A stretch of DNA of 55,514 nt from a virus. Lineage: Duplodnaviria > Caudoviricetes. Where the stretch lies: positions 1 to 55,514 of the IMG/VR virus record IMGVR_UViG_3300046724_000534, one strand, 5' to 3'. The notes below the pieces were generated by a model, which ran no database searches, had not been told where the DNA came from, and saw only the letters and a program-made list of their open reading frames with translations. Positions 1-8,240 of this stretch are shown piece by piece. Every line of letters starts with the position of its first letter. Position 1 is the stretch's first letter. Both the position numbers and the translations under genes were made by a program.

Positions 1-1
1 C

Positions 2-478
2 TCTAGACTACAGACTACAGAAGAATCTAAAACAAATACACAAACCGTGCTTGTACCCCCTGAAAACGCTTTTCAAACCTTCTGGCGAGGCTATCCGAAA
101 AAGGTCAACGAGAAAGCAGCCTTCCGGGAATGGGTGCATTGTATCGGTATCCATGAGCACCTCGAGGAAATCCTTACCGTCATCATGAAATACGAAACCT
201 CCGGTTTATGGGATGACCCAAAACATATCCCTAACCCGGAAAGTTTTATTCGGGACAGACGGTGGCGCGACGAAGTACCGCAAGGAGGGAACCGTGGCAA
301 ATCTTCAGCCGAACAGCGAACCAAGCGAGTCCGAGAAGCAGCCAAAAATGTTCTCGGAACTGATGGCTCTGTGGGGCGAGCTTTACTCCAGCAATTACTC
401 GAAGGAAGTGACGGAGGCGACCTACACAACTTGGCGCCTGGCCCTGTCGCCCCTTCCAAACTTAAACTGGCTAAATAA
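2..478 (+). CDS. C-terminal part of phage replication initiator (continuation of the DUF1376/YdaU-type gene at 55127-55514)
   Basis: Frame is open from position 2 (SRLQTTEESKT...). FQTFWRGYPKKV..AAFREW and HIPNPESFIRDRRWRDE match the common C-terminal domain of phage replication organisers. Confidence 0.8.
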   Translation, partial: SRLQTTEESKTNTQTVLVPPENAFQTFWRGYPKKVNEKAAFREWVHCIGIHEHLEEILTVIMKYETSGLWDDPKHIPNPESFIRDRRWRDEVPQGGNRGKSSAEQRTKRVREAAKNVLGTDGSVGRALLQQLLEGSDGGDLHNLAPGPVAPSKLKLAK

Positions 479-821
479 AGCTTTCCTGCTGGCCATGAAG
501 GAAAGTGCTAACTACATGCCCGCGGTCGGCGTGATTCTCGAGGCATACGAACGCATCGCGGAAAAGGAATCGAAAACCTACTTTGAACCTGAACCTGCGA
601 TGCAAACGGCTGCGGAAGATAAACTGATGTGGGCGCGCCTTATGGCCGAGAATAAAGAATTTCTTAAACAGCCGCCGTGGTATGAAGGCAAGCGCTGGAC
701 GAAAGAGGATGGATGGTTACCACGCGAGGAATCATGGAGACGCGAAGCCGCACGCGAAGCGCAGCAGAAACCAGTGAAATCGTGGCACGCACCGATCAAA
801 GGGCCGAACATTCGGCCATGA
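294..821 (+). CDS. Putative helicase loader/inhibitor-type replication protein
   Basis: GGAGG SD before GTG at 294. Follows and overlaps the initiator. Helical W..AL....L..A......YMP pattern resembles loader proteins found at this position. Confidence 0.5.
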   Translation: MANLQPNSEPSESEKQPKMFSELMALWGELYSSNYSKEVTEATYTTWRLALSPLPNLNWLNKAFLLAMKESANYMPAVGVILEAYERIAEKESKTYFEPEPAMQTAAEDKLMWARLMAENKEFLKQPPWYEGKRWTKEDGWLPREESWRREAAREAQQKPVKSWHAPIKGPNIRP

Positions 822-958
822 AGCGTGGCGGGAAAGATGCGCTCGATACCGGCATCCTGCCCGAGCCCTACCGACCAGTAGAGTTTTATTGCTGCTACCA
901 CCGCTGGATCGCCGCCTGGGTGCCGGCCGTCTGTCCGAAGTGTGGGAGCCGACATTGA
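818..958 (+). CDS. Small Cys-rich hypothetical protein
   Basis: ATGA overlap with upstream stop; CCYH...CPKCG. Confidence 0.5.
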   Translation: MKRGGKDALDTGILPEPYRPVEFYCCYHRWIAAWVPAVCPKCGSRH

Positions 959-1146
959 TCACCCTAGTCTCATTGGCAGGAAGGCTAAAAGCGCAAATCG
1001 AGCTGCACCGCGACAAGCTGCCCGTGACCGAAGATCAGGCGATGAGCGTCGTACGGCTCTTGGCACCGCACATCATGGACATCATGCGGGACAATGTTGC
1101 CGACGCGAAACGAGACTGGACACAGCGACTGGAGAGGCAAAAGTGA
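955..1146 (+). CDS. Hypothetical protein
   Basis: TTGA/GTGA overlaps with both neighbours. Confidence 0.45.
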   Translation: MITLVSLAGRLKAQIELHRDKLPVTEDQAMSVVRLLAPHIMDIMRDNVADAKRDWTQRLERQK

Positions 1147-1565
1147 AGGCAAAGAAGAACGAAGCCGAGATTCTGATGTGGCAGCACTTACAAGAAACCG
1201 CTGTTATGAATCTATGGTCGATTGATAGGGAATTTCAGTTCGCTCCGCCGCGTCGGTGGCGTTTCGATTTCGTCGTGTATGACGATTGCCCGGAAATCAA
1301 CGTGGGAATAGAAATCGAAGGCGGCGCTTGGATCAAGGGGGGCGGCGGGCATAACCGTGGGCAGGGATTCATCGACGACATGGAAAAGTACAACCATGCT
1401 GCCCTGATGGGGTATTTGGTTCTGAGATTCACACCCCTGCAAGTTCTAAAGGGGGAAGCCATTGCTTTTATTGTGAAAGTTCTCAATGCGCGCGACGACG
1501 GCGGGTTGCCAAAGTCAGGGCTGGTATTCACGGAACGCTACCACCCAGGAGCCAAGCGGACATGA
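1143..1565 (+). CDS. PD-(D/E)xK / Vsr-like (DUF559-type) phage endonuclease
   Basis: REFQFAPPRRWRFDF...IEIEGG.W..GGHNRG.GF..DMEKYN.A...G.LVLRFT motif set; GTG start at 1143. Confidence 0.85.
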   Translation: MKAKKNEAEILMWQHLQETAVMNLWSIDREFQFAPPRRWRFDFVVYDDCPEINVGIEIEGGAWIKGGGGHNRGQGFIDDMEKYNHAALMGYLVLRFTPLQVLKGEAIAFIVKVLNARDDGGLPKSGLVFTERYHPGAKRT

Positions 1566-1750
1566 GTGACCGACCGTGTGGATGGTGCTTAGGTGAAGGA
1601 ACTATTCAAGTTTCGTTTCCAGTTGGCAACACGTACTCCAAGCACTATGAACCTTGCCAAGATTACGTAACGGAAGACAGGCTATGCCGCAATTGCAATG
1701 GTACGGGTAGGCAACCCCGCGCCACACAAGAGCAGGGAGGCGACAAGTGA
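1562..1750 (+). CDS. Small zinc-finger protein with two CxxCxGxG motifs
   Basis: CGWCLGEG and CRNCNGTG. Confidence 0.6.
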   Translation: MSDRPCGWCLGEGTIQVSFPVGNTYSKHYEPCQDYVTEDRLCRNCNGTGRQPRATQEQGGDK

Positions 1751-1888
1751 AGTGGATCGGCTTGTTTCTTCTGATGAATCTAGGCGGCTGGCTTGGAGTA
1801 GGAGTGGCCGTTTTGATACTTCGATTACTTGGGGTGCCGTGGAGTCGCACAGAAGTCTGAACGCGCTCGGTGGGCGCGGAGGTGAAAA

Positions 1889-2083
1889 GTGAAAATAAAA
1901 TGTACAGTTCATCCCCAATATAGGGCACTGCGAAAACCAACCGCAAAGTGTGATGGTTGCGCATTACTGTTTGTATTGCGGTGGCAACATACGAACAGGG
2001 CAGACGAAAAACTTGGGTCTATAAATCCGTACGAGTTTTTTAATGCTGAACACGGCTGCGAAATTATAAAAGCTGAAAGCTAA
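1889..2083 (+). CDS. Hypothetical protein (Cys/His motif)
   Basis: GGAGG SD; CTVHP.Y...KPTAKCDGC. Confidence 0.55.
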   Translation: MKIKCTVHPQYRALRKPTAKCDGCALLFVLRWQHTNRADEKLGSINPYEFFNAEHGCEIIKAES

Positions 2084-2116
2084 GGTGAGTTTACCCACCG
2101 GGACATCGAAGGGAGG

Positions 2117-2365
2117 ATGCACTTGAGCTGGGCACCAAGAACAAAACAAGAAGCATTGCAAGTGGCTCAAGATTTAGCCGAAAAGACATGCAAGAACGTC
2201 CGTGAGAAGTATGGTTCGGATCAGAATTTACGTATAGAGCGGCGTGGCAACAGTATTTTCATATTCTGGGATAAAGAAGCGCTTCACGAAGTCAAGGTCC
2301 GTTGGATTGGCAGCAAGGGGTCGATTGAGTTCATAAATCTGCAAGAACGGATACTGGAAAATTGA
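2117..2365 (+). CDS. Hypothetical protein
   Basis: GGGAGG SD, 82-aa ORF in the early operon. Confidence 0.5.
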   Translation: MHLSWAPRTKQEALQVAQDLAEKTCKNVREKYGSDQNLRIERRGNSIFIFWDKEALHEVKVRWIGSKGSIEFINLQERILEN

Positions 2366-2669
2366 AAGTCGGGAGCGGGGTTATCAGGCAAACTTCCAAA
2401 CGTCATTCGCGGAGGCTTACCATGACCGAACTAAAATATCTTGACCAGCACTGCCTTACGGTCAACGAATCGCTATGGATGCGGTAAAGATCGAGAAACT
2501 GCGTGCTGGCGCCGAGCCCGGAGAAAATGTCAGTGAAACCAAAAATTCGGCTCCGTAAGAAGTTCGGTAGCTGGTACGTATTGATTCCCGGCGATATGCC
2601 GGAGTTTGTTCGGTTCACACACTGGACCGACGCCGTAGCCAAGATTCAACTGGAAACCAAGGAGAAGCC

Positions 2670-2939
2670 ATGCAAGGAAGACGAGAAGAAGCGGAAACCA
2701 TCGTCCGATTCGACCAAATCGAAGGGAAATGCCACGTCTGCGTCTCCAGTTGGCCAGCCATGGCTCGTAAAATGGCGCGCCTCTATGGAGAACCGCTTCC
2801 GAAAAGCTGCGCGCAAGTCCATTATTGGGTGATTCCCCTCAAAGCACTCACTTTCCGGCGTCCAAGCTCGATTGGAAAGGTCACAGGGAGACCATTTGTT
2901 GCCGGGAGACGTGCGGCTGGCGCGCAATCTGGCGATTAA
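2670..2939 (+). CDS. Hypothetical protein, last gene of the + strand arm
   Basis: AAGGAG SD; its stop overlaps the stop of the converging minus-strand gene at 2936-2939. Confidence 0.55.
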   Translation: MQGRREEAETIVRFDQIEGKCHVCVSSWPAMARKMARLYGEPLPKSCAQVHYWVIPLKALTFRRPSSIGKVTGRPFVAGRRAAGAQSGD

Positions 2940-3325
2940 CTGATCGAAACCGTACTTTGCTCCGAATTCGCTTCCGCGGCGTCTAAAGCCTCTTCTATGG
3001 CGTCGATCGCCGGCTGACTCTCATAGATGGTGTAGGCATCAATCCGGTTATCGGCCACGAGGATGCACCCCTCCGAATCGGTCGCTCGATTTCCGCCATG
3101 AATGAGAATGCCGCTGCGCCCCGGAACGTCCAGGTGCGGAGCAATGCGCCCGAGGCGTTCGCTCCACTGAAGTTTCACAGCGTAGGCGCCAGGCGGGACC
3201 ATCAGGGCAGTCGGTTCGAGGGTAAAGCAAACCTGTTCGCCGTCGAGTGAAAGCGTGCCGGTACTGCTGGCCCGGAACTCGGCATTCTCCGGGCCATACC
3301 AGAGGCGTTTCACCTCGAGAAGCAA
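2936..3325 (-). CDS. DUF5675-family protein, putative endolysin (L,D-transpeptidase-like fold)
   Basis: T.G.L..DG...CFTLE...PPG.Y...VPGRSGILIHGGN...DSEGCILV. Confidence 0.8.
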   Translation of the reverse strand: MLLEVKRLWYGPENAEFRASSTGTLSLDGEQVCFTLEPTALMVPPGAYAVKLQWSERLGRIAPHLDVPGRSGILIHGGNRATDSEGCILVADNRIDAYTIYESQPAIDAIEEALDAAEANSEQSTVSIS

Positions 3326-3329
3326 GCGA

Positions 3330-3830
3330 CTAGCGCCGGCGTGAGGGGTTCAGGCTGTAATTCAGCGATGCGCTGACCGCGACGGGCGTAGTCGGCGTAA
3401 CGGTGAAGGCCACCGAATCCGTCAAGCCGTTGCCTGTGTCGAGCGCGGACACGTTGGCTATGCCGGCGCCTTGCAGGGTAGCAATGCCCGTCGAAGCGTC
3501 CACCGTCACAACGGCGGTGTTATCGGACGCATACTGAACAGGTCCAATCGGCGCTACCGATGAACCATCAGCCGCGGATTCGGTGAACGTCGGTGTGGCT
3601 GTGTTTCCTGGTGCTCCGGTTACTGGATTTCCCATGGGGACTCCTCCTATGGAGTACGTAAGATTTGCTGCTACGGCTTCTGGTTCGGGTGGTGGAACAA
3701 GCTCTTGAATAGACTTGGCGATGAGCAGGAGTGCGCGAGCAATATCATCGGTTCCTTCACGAATCGACGCGGCAATGAGTTTTTGGCACTTGCAGTCATC
3801 GTCATCGTGGTGAAAAATCTTTTCGTCCAT
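3330..3830 (-). CDS. Ig-like (Big_2-type) domain protein with N-terminal helical extension
   Basis: VQYASDNTAVVTVDASTG...GAGIANVSA is a Big_2-like signature; second in-frame start with strong SD at 3635. Confidence 0.65.
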   Translation of the reverse strand: MDEKIFHHDDDDCKCQKLIAASIREGTDDIARALLLIAKSIQELVPPPEPEAVAANLTYSIGGVPMGNPVTGAPGNTATPTFTESAADGSSVAPIGPVQYASDNTAVVTVDASTGIATLQGAGIANVSALDTGNGLTDSVAFTVTPTTPVAVSASLNYSLNPSRRR

Positions 3831-3885
3831 ATCGATACCTCAATGTATCCGATCTGCGGGTACTAGGACTGTGCTGTTTTGAACG

Positions 3886-4641
3886 TTATGCCACCACCAT
3901 CGACAAATCTTTTTCCAAATCGCTCAGAAGGATACCACTCGGGTCAAGCCCTCGAGAGTTAATCCAATCGGGAGAGAGCAGCGCGTGACACTCATCCAGG
4001 TAACGTTTATCATTCCAGAAGTCCCAAGACATCAGGAATCGACTACCCCATGTATCGCCGATGAGGTACTGGCTGTTATATCCGCATATCCAAATCGCGT
4101 GCGCTCCGACGATCCCGCCATCGTTCTGAAGTGGGGTAATGGGTTGGCCAGTGGCAAACTGATCCATAAAAGATTGTGGGACCGAAAATCCGATGTATAC
4201 GCCGCCAAACAGGAAAATTGCCTGCTTTACATGCAGGGTTGTGGCTGGATGCGGGTCGGCGTAGGCCATGATCTTATGGCCACCGATGCCGGTTTGCCGG
4301 AAGAAATTCAGAACGTCCAGCTCTACGCCGCCCTGATCGGTGTTCGGGTCGCTGGGATTGTATCCGCAGGCGTCCTCATATCCGGTCAGGATGGCTGAAT
4401 CCGGCAAGGTAATCATGCGGCCATTGCAGAGCGACCATGTTTGAATCGCATGACCACAGGCCGCAATAGTGCAGTCACCGAGGCTGTCATTTAACATGAC
4501 ACCGAAATTTATATTAAATCCGCGGCTGTAATCGACACGTTCCGGTGGCGGCTGCAAAGCAGGGGTTAGATACTTCGCCAGCATTAACGTCCTTGGATCA
4601 TGGCGAGCCGGGTTTTTTCCGAACTTACCTGCTCGTGGCAT
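3886..4641 (-). CDS. Papain-like (C1-type) cysteine peptidase
   Basis: NDSLGDCTIAA (catalytic Cys), GAHAIWICGY (catalytic His), DTWG. Confidence 0.75.
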   Translation of the reverse strand: MPRAGKFGKNPARHDPRTLMLAKYLTPALQPPPERVDYSRGFNINFGVMLNDSLGDCTIAACGHAIQTWSLCNGRMITLPDSAILTGYEDACGYNPSDPNTDQGGVELDVLNFFRQTGIGGHKIMAYADPHPATTLHVKQAIFLFGGVYIGFSVPQSFMDQFATGQPITPLQNDGGIVGAHAIWICGYNSQYLIGDTWGSRFLMSWDFWNDKRYLDECHALLSPDWINSRGLDPSGILLSDLEKDLSMVVA

Positions 4642-4697
4642 CAGTGTCCTTTATGCTAAAATGCGGCTGGTAGCAACGGTCCATTGGAGGTGAACCG

Positions 4698-5240
4698 ATG
4701 CCAAAGGGAGTTTACCCTCGCCACGTGAAACGCCACGCGGTTATCCAGCCGCAAGATCAATCCTACAAGATTATCGCTCTGACGCAGGGACAGAATACGC
4801 TTGTTGATGCCACCGATTACGAGTGGCTGAATCAATGCTCTTGGACGGCTAGATGGAACCCATGCACTCAAAGCTTTTATGCGTTGAGAACCCGCAAAAA
4901 TAAAACGGTTTACATGGCCCGATATATTTTGAACTGCGGTTTTGGAGAAATTATCGATCATATAAACCACGATACTCTTGACAATCGAAGACAGAATCTT
5001 CGCAAATGCACTGGAACACAAAACAAAACAAACAGCAAAATTTATCGTAACAACAAGTCTGGATTCAAGGGAGTTCACTGGCATAAACGGGATGGAACTT
5101 GGGGAGCGTCCATTGGATATAATGGGAAACAAATTCATATTGGTTATTTCGCCACTCTTGAGGAAGCGGCACGAGCCTACAACGAAACTGCTAGACAACT
5201 TCATGGTGAATTCGCCTACCTCAATGCTATCTCTGGGTGA
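4698..5240 (+). mobile_element. Free-standing HNH-AP2 homing endonuclease gene, antisense to the lysis module
   Basis: IDHINHDTLDNRRQNLR (HNH); NKSGFKGVHW..W.ASI...IHIGYF.TLEEAARAYN (AP2); own TGnTAAAAT (4654-4662) and GGAGG SD. Confidence 0.9.
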
Positions 5241-5803
5241 TGATTTATAGTGGCCACAGCATTAAAATCAGATTTGAAATCCTTTACATTCTTGTAGTAT
5301 TTAGGTGTGATCGTAAGAGTCTGGTTGCCTATGCGAACAGAAGTAGCCATGGCTGTTGGTCCTGCCGGTAATTGCCCCAAGAATCCTGCCAGCGCATTGA
5401 GAATTATACGGGCAAGCCCCATGACAATAATAACGATTGGGTTCGTTCCCAAATTCAATTGATTCAGGAAAGTACCAAAGTTGTCCGCTATATCTTTCAG
5501 CAGAGTGCGTATTTTCGCTAGCAGCGTTGCCTTGTCCGCAACATTAGTGTCGGCATTGTACTCAGCAACAACGGCGGATAGTGAGGCGAAACCTGCTTTT
5601 ACTAATGTGATAATCGCAGCGGCTCCGGGCGGCACCAGTGGCCCAAGCAGCGCGACAATGCTATCGACCGCCGCGATGCCTACCGGAATCCACGTCATAA
5701 TCTGATCGAAAACACCACAGCCAGTTAGGGCCACCGAGAATCCACCCGCGAAGGCCAAGAGCGCGAAACTACCGATGCGACTTGCAAATGTTCGTCTGTT
5801 CAC
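5216..5803 (-). CDS. Predicted Tat-signal lipoprotein, amphipathic helical
   Basis: MNRRTF twin-arginine motif, hydrophobic stretch, lipobox LTGC. Confidence 0.65.
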   Translation of the reverse strand: MNRRTFASRIGSFALLAFAGGFSVALTGCGVFDQIMTWIPVGIAAVDSIVALLGPLVPPGAAAIITLVKAGFASLSAVVAEYNADTNVADKATLLAKIRTLLKDIADNFGTFLNQLNLGTNPIVIIVMGLARIILNALAGFLGQLPAGPTAMATSVRIGNQTLTITPKYYKNVKDFKSDFNAVATINHHPEIALR

Positions 5804-5966
5804 AGATTCCTCATTTCTTCTTGATCTCTAGGTATTCGTATGGGGGCTTTCCACACACAATCAGCCTGCCCGTAGCCAGCCCCCATAAATCTCGAACATG
5901 TCCCCACGGCTCGCAATCCCAGATTGCTTTCAGTAACCTGAACCAATAATTCATTCAAGCATCTCC

Positions 5967-6179
5967 TTAGCGGTGAAATTGAAATATTGGTACTACCGGA
6001 ACTCCGGCGATTCCCAGCCACCCAGCCACCGTGAGTATCACCAAAAGCACGCAAAGCACGATCGCGGTCCAGGTAATCAGCGTCTTGAATTGATCGTTGA
6101 TCCAAGGAAAGGATTGCAGGAAATAGACTCCTACTCCGACGACGAACACGATAAACAACAGCGCGAGCACTTGCATCAT
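5967..6179 (-). CDS. Small two-TM membrane protein (holin/antiholin candidate)
   Basis: Two hydrophobic helices; AAGGAGG SD; lysis-module position. Confidence 0.6.
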   Translation of the reverse strand: MMQVLALLFIVFVVGVGVYFLQSFPWINDQFKTLITWTAIVLCVLLVILTVAGWLGIAGVPVVPIFQFHR

Positions 6180-6192
6180 GACGGTTTCCTCC

Positions 6193-6417
6193 TTAGACTT
6201 TCGGATTTCCAGTGAGAGTCGCTTCCTTCGTCACATGCAGCCGGCCGTACACGGCGCCCGCCCAGCCCACGATCGCCACGATCAGGCCAATCACCGCATC
6301 TTGGTTCGTCGCGTTGAGGCCGAGGACCACCAGCGCCTTCGGGTACACCGCGCCAATGAGTCCAAAAGTGGATGACCAGAACGTGACGCTCGAAAAAATC
6401 GACTTTACTCCGTCCAT
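6193..6417 (-). CDS. Putative holin
   Basis: KSIFSSVTFW N-terminus, two TM segments, AVYGR..A C-terminal motif common in small phage holin-like proteins. Confidence 0.65.
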   Translation of the reverse strand: MDGVKSIFSSVTFWSSTFGLIGAVYPKALVVLGLNATNQDAVIGLIVAIVGWAGAVYGRLHVTKEATLTGNPKV

Positions 6418-6426
6418 TAAAGCCTC

Positions 6427-6834
6427 CTAGAGTCTCAAATAGTGTGCCAGTATCCCATACAACCCCATCAGCGCGCCGGCAATTGCGAATCCCTTCACCC
6501 ACACCGACTCAGCCGTTACATGGCTCCCCTGCGCCAAGAAGTTGGACCGCTCCAGAATGACTACTCGGCCTTCGAGAGCACTGCGCTTCGATTCCTCGGT
6601 GTCCATTAAGCCCCGCACCTTATCCTCGGTCATAAAGAGCGCGCGCTGGTCGATATTCTCTTGCCGCCATTCATTCGACGCCGCTTGGCTTCGCTCCAGG
6701 GCTTGCCGTGCCAGCACTAGGGCATTTTCCTGAGCAATGATTTTCTCCTGCATTCGTGCAATCTGAATCTCGAGCGCCTGTATCTTTTCGAGTTTGTCGA
6801 ACCACTTCTGTATCTCATTCGTGGCATCCGGCAT
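6427..6834 (-). CDS. Coiled-coil protein with C-terminal TM helix (lysis-associated)
   Basis: Heptad-rich body; hydrophobic C-terminus GFAIAGALMGLYGILAHYL. Confidence 0.6.
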   Translation of the reverse strand: MPDATNEIQKWFDKLEKIQALEIQIARMQEKIIAQENALVLARQALERSQAASNEWRQENIDQRALFMTEDKVRGLMDTEESKRSALEGRVVILERSNFLAQGSHVTAESVWVKGFAIAGALMGLYGILAHYLRL

Positions 6835-6852
6835 AAGGTCATGGGTTCCTAG

Positions 6853-7875
6853 TTATTTCGATGTGCCGGTAGCCGTGGCGTTCAATCCGCCCACCGTAGC
6901 ATTCACCGTATAAGGCGATCCCGCTGGTACGTTTGTCGTTTTACCGATACACGTAATTGTATTAGCCGTCGGCGTGCAGGTTAAGGTCAGGGTCGGTGTG
7001 GGTGGCGGGACAGGCGTGACGAGTACCAAGTTGTCCGAACCGACATAGCCTGTACAGTTTGCTGCAATGAGTGCCGCGCCGGCGCACACATCGAACTTCA
7101 CCTGTACCCAGATCCAGCCTCCTGTGTTCGGTACTTGGGCAGCCGTCCCTACGGTTCCCAGCGATCCCTTAGGGACGGTTCCCAACAACGTGCCAAGCCC
7201 GCTGACCGGCGCCGTGCTTCTCACGTTCGCAGTCTGCAAGGTCTTGACCCGATCCCCTGCGGTGAATCCAGAGGCGGGCGCCGCAACCGTCACCGATGCG
7301 CTGGCTGATTTAGTTGAATCGGCCACACTGGTTGCCTTCACCGTGGACACACCCGCTGGTCCCGCGGTAAACAATCCCGCTTGCGTCACCGATCCTGCCG
7401 TGGTGGACCACGTTACCGCCGTATTCGTATTTCCGGTTACGGTGGCTGTGAATTGCTGCTGTTTTCCAGGCGCGACGTTCGCGGAAGGCGGCAAAATCGC
7501 TACGCTCACAACCGGCGTCACATCGGGCGGCGTGGTTACGGAAGCAGTGTTCGAAGCATCGCTGTCTGCGCAGCCCGGCACATTCACAGCGGCCGGACAG
7601 GGGTTGTAAAATGCGGTCACGTAATAGGCGTACGTGGTCGAAGCATTGAGGCCCGTATCCATGTATCCCGGCGTGAGCGGGCTGGCGATAGCGAGGCCGT
7701 TGCGGAAGACGTGATAGTTCACTCCCGGCGTGGTGCTCGCGCCCCAAGTGAGAGTTACGGAATGTGGTCCCGTCGCGGTCGCTCTTACACGCGGCGTCCT
7801 CTCTTTATGCGACTGTGCGTTTGCGCTCGTGCCCACCAGGGCCATGAGCAGCACGATAGGTAATAATGTCCGCAT
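6853..7875 (-). CDS. Secreted FN3 + Ig-like (Big_2) + SH3-like domain protein
   Basis: Signal MRTLLPIVLLMALVGTSANA/QS; FN3 (VTLTWGAS...YHVFRNG...YMDTGL...YAYYVTA); Big_2 (QQQFTATVTG..NTAVTWS...GLFTA); SH3-like (GDRVKT..TANVRS...WIWVQVKF). Likely start ATG 7875. Confidence 0.8.
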   Translation of the reverse strand: MRTLLPIVLLMALVGTSANAQSHKERTPRVRATATGPHSVTLTWGASTTPGVNYHVFRNGLAIASPLTPGYMDTGLNASTTYAYYVTAFYNPCPAAVNVPGCADSDASNTASVTTPPDVTPVVSVAILPPSANVAPGKQQQFTATVTGNTNTAVTWSTTAGSVTQAGLFTAGPAGVSTVKATSVADSTKSASASVTVAAPASGFTAGDRVKTLQTANVRSTAPVSGLGTLLGTVPKGSLGTVGTAAQVPNTGGWIWVQVKFDVCAGAALIAANCTGYVGSDNLVLVTPVPPPTPTLTLTCTPTANTITCIGKTTNVPAGSPYTVNATVGGLNATATGTSK

Positions 7876-8224
7876 TTTGCTCCGCACCTTTCTTTCCCTC
7901 GAAAAACCGCATAACCAGTTCTTGCTTTGTTCGTACAGCGTACCGCTGCAATATGATACTGACATGAAACTTGACTGTACGTTCAGAGACAAATAAAACT
8001 TCGGCCAACTCTTTGTTCGAGAAGGTAGGGTGCGTTTTGATTAGGTTCACGATCTCCATTTGCCGCCTGGTTAACGGCGCCGTCGGCTGTGCTTGCAACT
8101 CCTGAACCAGTTTAGAGGCAAGCTCGGTTTCACGAATCATCAACTCTCTCAGTTTCACTTTGAGCGGTATAATCTGAGCCTTCACTTTCTGCCATTCAAA
8201 CCACGCTTTATCTTCTCGTCTCAT
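7805..8224 (-). CDS. LuxR/GerE-type HTH transcription regulator (no receiver domain)
   Basis: LTRRQMEIV.L.....SNKELAEVLFVSERTVKFHVSIILQR. Confidence 0.85.
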   Translation of the reverse strand: MRREDKAWFEWQKVKAQIIPLKVKLRELMIRETELASKLVQELQAQPTAPLTRRQMEIVNLIKTHPTFSNKELAEVLFVSERTVKFHVSIILQRYAVRTKQELVMRFFEGKKGAEQNADIITYRAAHGPGGHERKRTVA

Positions 8225-8240
8225 GTTCGACTAATCCTTT

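Noticed and set aside
2366-2530. Possible tRNA or ncRNA in the gap
   Set aside because: No cloverleaf or T-loop consensus seen; only a 21-codon SD-led ORF of uncertain reality.
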